A stretch of DNA of 64,000 nt from an uncultured Christensenella sp. (GTDB taxonomy: Bacteria > Bacillota > Clostridia > Christensenellales > UBA1242): assembly GCA_964541825.1 (NCBI GenBank), contig CAZIRR010000001.1, positions 72,956 through 136,955 on the forward strand. Direction: 5' to 3'. How positions within the stretch are numbered: the first letter of the stretch is position 1; each line of letters starts with the position of its first letter. The notes beneath the pieces were generated by a model that was not told where the DNA came from, did no database searches, and saw only the letters and a program-made list of their open reading frames with translations. The translations under genes and the position numbers were made by a program. Of this stretch, positions 38,723 to 48,594 are shown one piece after another.

Positions 38723-38959
38723 TGTATTTCCCTTTCAAAATTATATGAAATATATTTCCCCATTAGAGTACTGTGTGTATCCAGAGGGTTTATCTGATTT
38801 TATACAAAAAATATTGTTAAGTCAAATTATTGGTATTTGATTTTCCTCCAATTGCCCTATATAAGCCTATGTTTTTTTAAAAAATTGCATCTACTAAATG
38901 AAATATTAATTGTCTAAAATTTATCTATTTGATATACTAAAGAAAACAAGGAAAAACTT

Positions 38960-40087
38960 ATGACAAAAAAATATAATTTAAAAAGAAGTATTATATCCTT
39001 TATTCTTTGTGCGTTATCAATAATAAGCATAGCTTTTTTGCCTCGCCCATCGGTATCGGCGCAAACTCAAATTGCCATTACTTTTGATGTTGATTTGGCT
39101 CGCTTGCAGAAATATATGCCATCAGAGATAACCAAAAATATTCATAATGAGACAGCCTACTTTGATGAGGGCGAAAAGGTTGCCTTTCCTCAATTCTCAT
39201 CTGCTATTAAGTCTTTTTACGATTACTCGTGGGAAGTTGATGGGGTGACGATAGAAGAAGACAATTTCTATGCAACAGAAGATTGTTTGGTTAAAATTAA
39301 ATGGGAGCCTATTTCGTTTACAATTTACTACAATTTTATCACCACTGACGAAAAAGACGAGATTACCAATTTGCGTCTAAAAGATGAGTATTCAGTCGAG
39401 AAACAAGTTATTTATTATTTGCCCAAGAGACCTTATTATAGATTTTTGGATTGGTATTCTTCTCCACAATTTTTAGAAGACGAGATAGAAATTTATACAG
39501 ATAAATATGCTAGGGGAGACAAATATATCTATGCTAGATGGCAACCTATAGCTTACAATATCAATTACAATACCGATGCCAAGAATTTGGACAATCCTAG
39601 TTTGTATACTTATGAGACTCCTACATTCAATCTAAGTACTCCAATCAAAAAGGGTCATATATTTGAAGGTTGGTATTTGGACAAAGATTATAATATAGAG
39701 ATTACACAAATCACCCAAGGCAGTAGTGGCAATCTAAATTTATATCCAAAATGGCAATTGGAACAAAAAACAGTCACATATATATTGCCTAGCGGAGACA
39801 AAGAAATAGTAATAGTTGATTATGGCAAAGATGCCCCTAAGCCAAGTGTTGATACCAATATTTTTCAAATTCTTACATTTGACAAATCTACCACAAATAT
39901 CACCGATGATATTACAATAGTTGTAAAGAAAGTTAATATTTGGTTTGTGTATGTTATAGCATTGTTGATTATTGTGGCCATAGTAGTAACAGTGATATTA
40001 TTACAATTACGAAAGAATAAAAAAATGCATAAACTAAGACTGATATACCAATCCAATTTATCAAAAAATAAAAGGAAAACAAAATGA
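38960..40087 (+). CDS. Surface protein with InlB B-repeats, signal peptide and C-terminal TM anchor
   Basis: KKGHIFEGWYLD...LYPKW and RPYYRFLDWY...IYARW repeats. C-terminal hydrophobic helix with a basic tail. Confidence 0.85.
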   Translation: MTKKYNLKRSIISFILCALSIISIAFLPRPSVSAQTQIAITFDVDLARLQKYMPSEITKNIHNETAYFDEGEKVAFPQFSSAIKSFYDYSWEVDGVTIEEDNFYATEDCLVKIKWEPISFTIYYNFITTDEKDEITNLRLKDEYSVEKQVIYYLPKRPYYRFLDWYSSPQFLEDEIEIYTDKYARGDKYIYARWQPIAYNINYNTDAKNLDNPSLYTYETPTFNLSTPIKKGHIFEGWYLDKDYNIEITQITQGSSGNLNLYPKWQLEQKTVTYILPSGDKEIVIVDYGKDAPKPSVDTNIFQILTFDKSTTNITDDITIVVKKVNIWFVYVIALLIIVAIVVTVILLQLRKNKKMHKLRLIYQSNLSKNKRKTK

Positions 40088-41514
40088 ATAATCAACCCAA
40101 AGAAGTAGCCGTTTTCAAAACGTATACCAAATATAATAAACTAAAAGTTCTTGGCATTGCAGTAGCAATTATTGCTGTCGCATTTATTCTTTTGTATTTT
40201 CCTATCAAGACATTATTTACTTACACTATTACTTATCACCTAAATGGTGGCAGTATATACAATCAAGAACTCACTGTCAAAGAATACAAATTTTTGCAAA
40301 AGATAGAAGAGCCAAAAGGTGTCAAAAAGTTTGGCATAGGAGAGAATGGCGAAGAAATAGGATATTATATAGACCATTGGAGCAAAAATGAAGATTTGAG
40401 CGATACATATACATTTGGTGGCAAAATGTGGAGCAGTTTTCATTTGTATGTCAAATGGGAATTGGGTGTGGCAGTTAGATTGCACTTTGCAGATGGCGAA
40501 GAAAATAGCGATATGTCTACCCAAGATTTGAAAGGTTATTACGAACAATACATTAAACCGGGAAGTAATTATACTTTGCCTACTATGTACAATGACAAAG
40601 TAGATACATCTAGCCTTCATTATGGTGAACAACTTATTTGGTATGACAATCCCGAATGTACAGGTGAGCCGTTCTTTACTAAGACCTATACAAATCTCCA
40701 AGAAAGTATAGACATCTATGGCAAATGGATAGATACAAGTTCGGACAAATTCGTTATCCAAAATGGCACACTTGTCAAATATTTGGGATATTGCAACAAA
40801 GTTATGATTCCAAGCGGTGTGACAAAAATAAAAGATGTAGTGCCAGAACAATTCAAGACGGGATATGGAGACACTATTGGAGACCAAAGTGGCGAAAATT
40901 ATAGCGTATGGACCAACGTTATTGGTGGGACAAATACTGCCAAAAATTTGCAAACAATATATATTAATGCCGAAATGGAAAATATCGGAGATTGTGCATT
41001 TAGAGATTGCAAAGCTTTGGAGAGAATAATATTCCTAGGCAACAAGGTAAAAACAATTGGCAAAAACGCTTTTGCTGGTTGTGACGCAATAAAAGAATTT
41101 GCTATGCCTACACAAGTCAAAACAATTAGTAGTCGTGCTTTTGATGGAGCATTTAATAAAAATTCTCAAATTACCCTTGATTTAAACAGTGTCGAGAGAA
41201 TAGAAGATTATGCATTTATTAATTCCAATGTGTATGCTGTAAATCTAGAAAATGTGTCGTTCATTGGCAAAAATGCTTTTTCTGCTTGTGGAAAATTGAC
41301 CAAGGTAAAAATTAGCGGAGACAATCCTCCTACTAGCAATGTAGATACTAGCACCAATTCTACCAAGACCAATGAAGAGGGCATTTTCTATGGAGTGAAT
41401 TTAAGTGTAAATATTATATTGCAGATAGTTGTGCCTATTGGCAAAAAAGCCGAATATATTGTATATCCATATTGGAATATGTATTCAAGCGTAATTGTAG
41501 AAGAGAATATTTAA
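40084..41514 (+). CDS. Membrane-anchored InlB B-repeat plus BspA-type leucine-rich-repeat (LRR_5) protein
   Basis: N-terminal TM, TITYHLNGG repeat start, and IGDCAFRDC, IGKNAFAGC, IEDYAF, IGKNAFSAC repeats. Confidence 0.88.
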   Translation: MNNQPKEVAVFKTYTKYNKLKVLGIAVAIIAVAFILLYFPIKTLFTYTITYHLNGGSIYNQELTVKEYKFLQKIEEPKGVKKFGIGENGEEIGYYIDHWSKNEDLSDTYTFGGKMWSSFHLYVKWELGVAVRLHFADGEENSDMSTQDLKGYYEQYIKPGSNYTLPTMYNDKVDTSSLHYGEQLIWYDNPECTGEPFFTKTYTNLQESIDIYGKWIDTSSDKFVIQNGTLVKYLGYCNKVMIPSGVTKIKDVVPEQFKTGYGDTIGDQSGENYSVWTNVIGGTNTAKNLQTIYINAEMENIGDCAFRDCKALERIIFLGNKVKTIGKNAFAGCDAIKEFAMPTQVKTISSRAFDGAFNKNSQITLDLNSVERIEDYAFINSNVYAVNLENVSFIGKNAFSACGKLTKVKISGDNPPTSNVDTSTNSTKTNEEGIFYGVNLSVNIILQIVVPIGKKAEYIVYPYWNMYSSVIVEENI

Positions 41515-41569
41515 TCTACAAAAAGCTTAATAAAAATTACAAATTCAGTAAAAATTTGAAGGAGAAAAT

Positions 41570-42055
41570 ATGTGTGAATGTGTAAGACTTGGAACAGATG
41601 AACAAGTCAAAGAATTTGAAAATGTACTACAAACTTATAAAGGTAAAAAAGATAATATAATGGTCGTTTTGCAAAAAACTCAAGTTATATTTGGATATAT
41701 TCCAGAATTATCTGTAGGCAAGATTGCCGAAAGTCTCCAAATGTCTGAGACAGAGATATATGGAATAATATCTTTCTATAGTTTCTTTACTCTAACTCCC
41801 AAGGCTAAATATAATATCGATGTATGCTTGGGTACTGCTTGCTTTGTGCTTGGTGCAAATGATGTATTAAATAAAATTTTAAATAAACTAAATGTTAGAG
41901 TAGGAGAGATGACTCCTGATGGCAAATGGATAGTTACTTCTTGTAGATGTCTAGGCTGTTGTGGGCTTGCTCCAGCCATTACAATTAATGGTGAAGTCTA
42001 TGGAAAAATGAAAGTGGAAGATGTCGATAGAATTATCGATAGCTTTACAGACTAA
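41570..42055 (+). CDS. hydC: [FeFe]-hydrogenase NuoE-like [2Fe-2S] subunit (HydC/HndA)
   Basis: VCLGTAC...CLGCCGLAP thioredoxin-like [2Fe-2S] ligands. Confidence 0.9.
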   Translation: MCECVRLGTDEQVKEFENVLQTYKGKKDNIMVVLQKTQVIFGYIPELSVGKIAESLQMSETEIYGIISFYSFFTLTPKAKYNIDVCLGTACFVLGANDVLNKILNKLNVRVGEMTPDGKWIVTSCRCLGCCGLAPAITINGEVYGKMKVEDVDRIIDSFTD

Positions 42056-42067
42056 AGGAGAAAACTT

Positions 42068-43930
42068 ATGGATTTGCAAAAATTAGAAGAATTAAAAGCA
42101 AAATATCTTAATGAAGTTAATTTTAGAAAAAATATAGAGGGCGTAAATACCAGTTACAAATATGACATAATGGTTTGTGGAGGCACAGGCTGTCGTAGTT
42201 GCAAAAGTAAACAAGTAGAAGACAAACTAAAAGAAGTTATCCAGTCAAGAGGTCTTGAAAAAGAAATCTTAGTTCACGGGGTTGGTTGTTTTGGGCTATG
42301 CGTCAATGGACCAATTGTTCTTATCTATCCTCAAGATGCTATGTATATCAAAGTTAATGTAAATGATGTCGAAGAAATAGTAGATGCGCTAAGTCGTGGA
42401 GAATTGGTTGAACGTTTACTGCCAGAAGATGATGGCGAAAAAGTATACAAGAAAAATGAACTTAAGTTTTGCAAAAAACAAATGTATTTAGCTAGAAACA
42501 ATGCCGAATATATGAGTTTAGACAATATTCTAGGAGATTATATCGCCCTAAACGGATATTCAGCCTTGCACAAAGTTATTACATCTATGTCTCAAGACGA
42601 AGTTATCAAAGTTATCAAAGATAGCGGACTCAGAGGTAGAGGCGGAGCGGGCTTTTTAACTGGTCAAAAATGGGAGTTTACCAAAGTTGTCGATGCTCCA
42701 CAAAAATATGTAATTTGTAATGCCGATGAGGGCGACCCCGGTGCTTTTATGGATAGAAGTATCATAGAGAGCAATCCTCACGCTATAGTCGAAGCTATGG
42801 CTATAGCTGGTTATGCAATCGGAGCAAATACCGGATATGTATATCTTCGTGCCGAATATCCTCTAGCAGGCGAGAGACTTCAGAATGCTATAAACGAAGC
42901 TACAGAAATGGGACTACTTGGTGATAATATATTTGGGACAGATTTCAGTTTTAAGCTAGAAATAAAATTTGGTGCAGGTGCATTTGTTTGCGGAGAAGAA
43001 ACTGCCCTTATGCATAGTATAGAAGGCAAACGTGGCGAGCCAACTTTAAAGCCTCCATATCCTGCCGAAAGAGGTTTGTATGGCTGTCCTACAGTTATCA
43101 ATAATGTAGAGACTCTAGCCAATGTGGCACAAATTATCAATAACGGAGCTGAGTGGTTTAGCTCTATTGGTACAGAAGATAGCAAGGGAACAAAAGTTTT
43201 TGCACTAACTGGCAAAATCAAAAATTCTGGACTTATCGAACTTCCTATGGGAACAACTATTAGAGAAATCATATACGATATAGGTGGCGGAATACCTAAT
43301 GACAAAGAATTCAAAGCTGTTCAAATGGGTGGACCTAGTGGTGGCTGTATTCCAAAAGAATATTTGGATACCCCTATAGATTACAAAAGTTTGTCACAAT
43401 TAGGCTCAATGATGGGCAGTGGAGGAATGATTGTTGTTGACGAAGATAGTTGTATGGTTGACCTTGCCAAATTCTTCTTGCAATTCACTGTAGACGAGAG
43501 TTGTGGCAAATGTACACCTTGTCGAATAGGCAACAAAAGAATACTAGAAATTCTTACCAAAATTACCGAGGGCAACGCTACAATGTCAGACCTAGACAAA
43601 CTAGAAGAATTGTGTGAATATGTCAAAAATAATTCTCTTTGTGGTCTTGGTCAAACCAGTCCAAATCCAGTGCTTAGTACTCTTAAATACTTTAGAGATG
43701 AGTATGTAGAACATATAGAAAAGCATAAATGCCGTGCCGGAGTGTGCAAATCATTGACTAGTTACAAAATTACAGACAAATGTATAGGCTGTAGCGCTTG
43801 TAGCCGTCAATGTCCAGTGGGAGCAATTACTGGCGAGATTAAGAAAAAATTTGAGATAGACCAAGAAAAATGTATAAGATGTGGCAAATGCTACAATACT
43901 TGTAGATTTGGGGCTATAGTCAAGGAGTAA
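42068..43930 (+). CDS. hydB: [FeFe]-hydrogenase NuoF-like FMN/NADH subunit (HydB/HndC)
   Basis: GLRGRGGAGF, NADEGDPGAFMDR, GAGAFVCGEETAL, GGPSGG, ESCGKCTPCR, an N-terminal [2Fe-2S] domain and a C-terminal 2x[4Fe-4S] domain. Confidence 0.92.
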   Translation: MDLQKLEELKAKYLNEVNFRKNIEGVNTSYKYDIMVCGGTGCRSCKSKQVEDKLKEVIQSRGLEKEILVHGVGCFGLCVNGPIVLIYPQDAMYIKVNVNDVEEIVDALSRGELVERLLPEDDGEKVYKKNELKFCKKQMYLARNNAEYMSLDNILGDYIALNGYSALHKVITSMSQDEVIKVIKDSGLRGRGGAGFLTGQKWEFTKVVDAPQKYVICNADEGDPGAFMDRSIIESNPHAIVEAMAIAGYAIGANTGYVYLRAEYPLAGERLQNAINEATEMGLLGDNIFGTDFSFKLEIKFGAGAFVCGEETALMHSIEGKRGEPTLKPPYPAERGLYGCPTVINNVETLANVAQIINNGAEWFSSIGTEDSKGTKVFALTGKIKNSGLIELPMGTTIREIIYDIGGGIPNDKEFKAVQMGGPSGGCIPKEYLDTPIDYKSLSQLGSMMGSGGMIVVDEDSCMVDLAKFFLQFTVDESCGKCTPCRIGNKRILEILTKITEGNATMSDLDKLEELCEYVKNNSLCGLGQTSPNPVLSTLKYFRDEYVEHIEKHKCRAGVCKSLTSYKITDKCIGCSACSRQCPVGAITGEIKKKFEIDQEKCIRCGKCYNTCRFGAIVKE

Positions 43931-43932
43931 AT

Positions 43933-45627
43933 ATGGAAGTAAAAATAGTAATAGATGGCAAGGAATTTGTGGCAAATTCCAATGATACAATATTGACAGT
44001 TGCAAGGGCAAACGGAATAGAAATTCCTACTCTTTGCTACCTAAAAGATGTCAATGAGCCTGCAAGTTGTAGAGTGTGTGTAGTAGAAGTAGAAGGAATG
44101 CCAAAACTTGTTACTTCTTGCTCAACAAAAGTAAAAAATGGTATGATTATTAAGACTAGTACTGGCAGAGTACTTTCTGCTAGGAAAAAAGCTATGGAAT
44201 TGTTGCTTTCCAATCATAATAAAAATTGCTTGAGTTGTCCTAAAAATTTGAAATGTGATTTCCAAAAATTAACAGAAAAATTGGGTTGCAATGTAGACAA
44301 TTTTGCTGGAGAAATAAGTAAAAACTCTATCGATGATAGCAATCACGCCATAGTTAGAGACGATAGCAAATGTATACTTTGTGGCAAATGTGTAGCAGTG
44401 TGTGCCAAACGTCAAGGTTGCAGTGCAATTGGCAAAATTAATCGTGGTTTTGATACCAAAATCGGCACATCTTTTGATAAACCAATGCAAGAAAGCACTT
44501 GTGTGGGTTGTGGTCAATGTGTACTAGTTTGCCCAACTGGTGCATTAACGCAAAAGACAGAAATAAATGAAGTGCTAGATATTTTAGACGAAAAAGACGT
44601 TATCAAAGTTGCTCAAGTAGCCCCTGCTGTGAGAGTGGCAATCGGTGAAGAATTTGGCGAAGAAATCGGCACATTTAGCGAAGGGAAAATGGTCTCTGCA
44701 CTCAAAGAATGCGGATTTGATTATGTATTTGATGTAAATATGGGGGCAGACTTTACAGTAATAGAAGAAGCACAAGAATTGATAGAAAAAATAAATAGCA
44801 ATAAAGGTTTCCCTCTATTTACAAGTTGTTGCCCTGCGTGGTTTAATTATTGCGAGAAATTCTATCCAGAATATGTAAACAATATGTCTTCTAGCAAATC
44901 TCCAAACGAAATGTTGGGTAGCCTGGTTAAGTATTATTACGAGAGTCAAGGTAAAAAGGTTAAAATTGTGTCTATTATGCCTTGTACCGCAAAAAAGAGA
45001 GAAATTATTGCTCGTGGGACTATTGACAAAAGTTTAACAACTAGAGAACTTGCTCAATTAATCAGACAAAAGAGTATTAATTGGCAGAATTTGGGCGAGT
45101 CAAAGTTTGATGACCCATTTGGCGAATATACTTCGGCAGGGCTTATATTTGGCGTAACTGGCGGGGTAACAGAAGCTGCACTAAGATATGCCATCTATAA
45201 ACTCACTGGCAAAAAACAAGATATCATATCTGACGTTAGATATAGTGAGGGTGTCAAAGAAGTAAGTGTAAAAGTTGACGGTAAACAATTAAATCTTGCT
45301 ATTGTTCACGGACTTGCAAACGCTCCAAAAGTGTTAGATAGTATAAAGAGTGGAGAAAAAATGTATCACTTTGTAGAAATAATGGCTTGCCCGGGTGGTT
45401 GTGTAAATGGTGGCGGTCAACCTTTTGTAGATTACAATAAAATTGATGTCAATGAAGTAATCAAAAAGAGAAGTGCCAGTATTTACAAAGCTGATGGCAA
45501 TATGAAATTCAAAAGTTCAGAAGATAATGCTGGAGTAAAAGAAGTTTACGAAAAATTACTAAAAAATGACAAACATCTTATCCATACATTATTCCACTAT
45601 CAACATAGTGACAAGCCTATAATGTAG
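43933..45627 (+). CDS. hydA: [FeFe]-hydrogenase catalytic subunit (group A3, HydA/HndD)
   Basis: H-cluster motifs TSCCPAW, MPCTAKKRE and EIMACPGGCVNGGGQP. N-terminal [2Fe-2S], His-ligated and 2x[4Fe-4S] domains. Confidence 0.95.
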   Translation: MEVKIVIDGKEFVANSNDTILTVARANGIEIPTLCYLKDVNEPASCRVCVVEVEGMPKLVTSCSTKVKNGMIIKTSTGRVLSARKKAMELLLSNHNKNCLSCPKNLKCDFQKLTEKLGCNVDNFAGEISKNSIDDSNHAIVRDDSKCILCGKCVAVCAKRQGCSAIGKINRGFDTKIGTSFDKPMQESTCVGCGQCVLVCPTGALTQKTEINEVLDILDEKDVIKVAQVAPAVRVAIGEEFGEEIGTFSEGKMVSALKECGFDYVFDVNMGADFTVIEEAQELIEKINSNKGFPLFTSCCPAWFNYCEKFYPEYVNNMSSSKSPNEMLGSLVKYYYESQGKKVKIVSIMPCTAKKREIIARGTIDKSLTTRELAQLIRQKSINWQNLGESKFDDPFGEYTSAGLIFGVTGGVTEAALRYAIYKLTGKKQDIISDVRYSEGVKEVSVKVDGKQLNLAIVHGLANAPKVLDSIKSGEKMYHFVEIMACPGGCVNGGGQPFVDYNKIDVNEVIKKRSASIYKADGNMKFKSSEDNAGVKEVYEKLLKNDKHLIHTLFHYQHSDKPIM

Positions 45628-45767
45628 ACACAATTTCTAGAAATTAAAAATAAATATTAGTACAAAGATAAATAATGACTTTTTTGAAATATTTAAATAA
45701 AATCTCTTAACATTTATTTAATTTGTGCTAAAATATATAATTGATATTAAGACAAAGGAGAAATATT

Positions 45768-46214
45768 ATGGCAGAAACAAAAAAGAAAACAACAACTGCT
45801 AACAAAACTACCAAAAAATCAACAAGTGCAAAGTCAACCAAGAAGACTTCTTCTGCTCCAAAGACAACTACAAAAACTGAGACCAAATCTCAAACTACTA
45901 CACAAAAGAGCCAATCTCAAAAGACAACCAAAAGACGTAGTGGTGGCATTAGAACTTGGGGTATCAACAAATTAAGTTTCTGGTGCATAGGTGCAATGGC
46001 TATATTGTATCTAGTATCAAGTATCTTAGCTTTGGTTGGAGTTGATCTAAAGGTTGTATCTGCCCTTCAAGGCGTGGCTACTGCTCTAGCTATCTGTATT
46101 GTTGCATTCCTTGCTTGGAAATATGTTAGAAACAAACAAACCGTCTGGAAAGTTTTGTATGTAGTTCTACTTCTAGTTGTATTACTAGGCATTATCCTTC
46201 CACTAGTTGTTTAA
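45768..46214 (+). CDS. Membrane protein with a Lys/Thr-rich disordered N-terminal tail and 3 TM helices
   Basis: ATG at 45768 after AAGGAG. Low-complexity KTT/KST tail followed by three hydrophobic helices. Confidence 0.8.
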   Translation: MAETKKKTTTANKTTKKSTSAKSTKKTSSAPKTTTKTETKSQTTTQKSQSQKTTKRRSGGIRTWGINKLSFWCIGAMAILYLVSSILALVGVDLKVVSALQGVATALAICIVAFLAWKYVRNKQTVWKVLYVVLLLVVLLGIILPLVV

Positions 46215-46318
46215 TTATTATTTAGCTAGGGAAATGGCGGTGTATTGTCCGTTGAGAATTTTTCTTGCTGGGCAATTCTGATACACACTACTAGTAATTA
46301 CTTGCATTAAAATTAAAT

Positions 46319-46352
46319 AAAAAAAACACAATTATCTAAATTGTGTTTTTTT
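46319..46352. terminator. Bidirectional intrinsic terminator
   Basis: A-run-CACAATT...AATTGTG-T-run between convergent genes. Confidence 0.7.
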
Positions 46353-46376
46353 TGATACAATCGTATTTTAAAAAAA

Positions 46377-46568
46377 TTATTTGCTTTCTTCGTTCGTTTT
46401 GCCACTTTCGTATTCTTTTTTTGTTTCGTCCAAATCTTTTAGGCTTTGTTCGTATTTTTCGTCTTGTTTTCTAATTTGATAATTTTCATAAGCGAAAGAG
46501 CCTGCAAGGAAAAGCACAATAAAAACAATCATTATTGTTATAATAATATTTATTTTTCTCTTTGTCAT
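46377..46568 (-). CDS. Small bitopic membrane protein (TM plus short coiled coil)
   Basis: AGGAGA SD, basic N-terminus, one TM helix and a charged helix. FtsL/DivIC-like in topology only. Confidence 0.7.
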   Translation of the reverse strand: MTKRKINIIITIMIVFIVLFLAGSFAYENYQIRKQDEKYEQSLKDLDETKKEYESGKTNEESK

Positions 46569-46799
46569 AACTCATTCTCCTAAAACATTTATATTAATAT
46601 TATCTCAATTTTACTACGAATTATGTCTATTGTCAATACGTCAAGCCAAAAAATTGTTAAAATAGTTTGACTAAAATATTTCTTTTAAAGTAAAATTGTA
46701 TTAAGATGTAAATAGTGTAAAAAGTGTATAACCAAACTAATTTACTTGCATTTTTATAAAAAATAGACGATAAGTTTTTTTGATGAAAGAGGGGATAAT

Positions 46800-48578
46800 A
46801 TGAAGAAAAAAAATCAGATAGAAGAAAAATATAGATGGAATCTCAAAGATATCTATTCGTCAGAAGACGAACTAAACAAAGATATCGAAAAGGTCGCTAC
46901 ATATGTGAGTATTCTTCCTAAATACAAAGGCAAACTAAAAAAATCCAAAGTGTGCTTGGAATTTTTTGAAAAATGTACCGAACTTAGCCAAATACTGGAC
47001 AAAGTCGAAATATATATTTCACTTAAACTATCAGAGAATTTGGAAGATAATAAATATATCGAATTGAGTAGTGTGGTATCCAATATTGCCAAACAAATTG
47101 CTGTAGCTACTTCTTTTGAAGACGCGGAGCTTATAGGTTATGGCGAGAAATATATAAACAAATTACTAAAAGACCCTAGATTTGCCAATTACTCAATGTC
47201 ATTGAAGAATTTTTTGAGAGAAAAAGACCATATTTTGGACGAAAAAAGCGAGATAATGTTGTCCAAAGCAATGAGGGCGTTAGGTGGATTTTCTGATGTC
47301 TATGACAATATTGATACCCTAGATTTGAAATTCGAAGATGCCCTAGATAGCAAAGGGAAAAAGATAGAAGTAAATCAACACAATTATAGCGAACTTATGG
47401 AGAGTAGAGATAGGGTTTTGAGAAAAAACGCATATCTTTCTTATCTACAAGGCTACAAATCTCTTAGCAACACAATTGCCACCAATTACATAGGTAGTTT
47501 AGAGGGCGATTGGTTTGTAGCAGATAGCTACAAATTTAAATCTGTCCTAGAAGAAAGTATGTTTGGCGAGAACATAAATAAAAACGTTTACGAAAAATTA
47601 CTCGAAAATGTCAATAAAAATCTCAAACTTATGCACAAATTCTACGCTATTAAGAAAAAAGCCTTGAAATTGGATAAATTTTATATTTATGATAGGTCAG
47701 TCAAGATTACTAATTTAAGCGAAAAAATGCCTTTTGAACAATGTTACGATAGGGTAATTGAGGCTATGAGTATCTTGGGTGAAGAGTATGTCGAAGGGCT
47801 AAAGTTGGCACGTGACAATTGTTGGATAGATGTTTACCCTTATGAGGGCAAAACTACAGGTGGATTTTGTTGCAATATGTTTAAGCCTCACCCATATATC
47901 TTGCTTAATACAGTAGACGATAGTAGAAGTATATATACTCTTGCCCACGAATTAGGACACGCAATGCACGGGTATTTGAGCGCAAAAGTTCAACCATATC
48001 AGACTCACGACCACACAATATTCTTAGCAGAAATTGCAAGTACTGTTAATGAAGTTTTGTTATTTAAATATTTGTATAATAATGCCAAGACCAAAAAAGA
48101 GAAATTGAGCCACTTAGAGAAATATGTTAGCAATATTATAGCAACTATCTACATTCAGACAATGTATAGCGAATTTGAATATTTTGCACATACATTGGTG
48201 GAAGAAGGTAAACCTATTTCCAAAGATATTCTTAATAATAAATACAAAGAACTTAACGAAAAATATTATGGTAAGAGTGTAAATATTATCAAAGAAGATG
48301 GTGGAAGTACATGGCAGAGAATTCCTCATTTCTATAGAGCATATTATGTATACAAATATGCCACAGGTATGTCTAGTGCTATCAATTTTGCTACAAGGAT
48401 TTTGCAAGGAGAAGAAGGTGCAAAAGAGAAATATCTTCAATTCCTAAAGGCGGGAACTAGTGATTATTCTATTGATATTCTAAGAAACGCAGGTGTTGAT
48501 TTGGAAGATAATCAAACATATCAAGTAGTCTTTGATGAAATATCTTGGGCAATAAAAGAGATGGAAAAGTTAATCTAA
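46800..48578 (+). CDS. pepF: Oligoendopeptidase F (M3B)
   Basis: KYRWNLKDIY start, WIDV...GK.TGGF, TLAHELGHAMH, AEIAST, and W.RIPHFY..YYVYKYATG. Confidence 0.95.
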   Translation: MKKKNQIEEKYRWNLKDIYSSEDELNKDIEKVATYVSILPKYKGKLKKSKVCLEFFEKCTELSQILDKVEIYISLKLSENLEDNKYIELSSVVSNIAKQIAVATSFEDAELIGYGEKYINKLLKDPRFANYSMSLKNFLREKDHILDEKSEIMLSKAMRALGGFSDVYDNIDTLDLKFEDALDSKGKKIEVNQHNYSELMESRDRVLRKNAYLSYLQGYKSLSNTIATNYIGSLEGDWFVADSYKFKSVLEESMFGENINKNVYEKLLENVNKNLKLMHKFYAIKKKALKLDKFYIYDRSVKITNLSEKMPFEQCYDRVIEAMSILGEEYVEGLKLARDNCWIDVYPYEGKTTGGFCCNMFKPHPYILLNTVDDSRSIYTLAHELGHAMHGYLSAKVQPYQTHDHTIFLAEIASTVNEVLLFKYLYNNAKTKKEKLSHLEKYVSNIIATIYIQTMYSEFEYFAHTLVEEGKPISKDILNNKYKELNEKYYGKSVNIIKEDGGSTWQRIPHFYRAYYVYKYATGMSSAINFATRILQGEEGAKEKYLQFLKAGTSDYSIDILRNAGVDLEDNQTYQVVFDEISWAIKEMEKLI

Positions 48579-48594
48579 CTTTTCCATCTCTTTT
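48554..48594. terminator. Perfect 19-bp inverted repeat formed by the overlapping 3' ends of pepF and the TrmH-family gene; probable bidirectional terminator
   Basis: AAAAGAGATGGAAAAGTTA-atc-TAACTTTTCCATCTCTTTT. Confidence 0.7.

Noticed and set aside
38723-38825. Canonical preQ1 riboswitch before queH
   Set aside because: No match to class I-III consensus features. Kept only as an unassigned leader.
40240-40953. 237-aa antisense ORF within the LRR gene, and the many other short antisense ORFs in the track
   Set aside because: Fully nested opposite well-supported genes, with no motifs.
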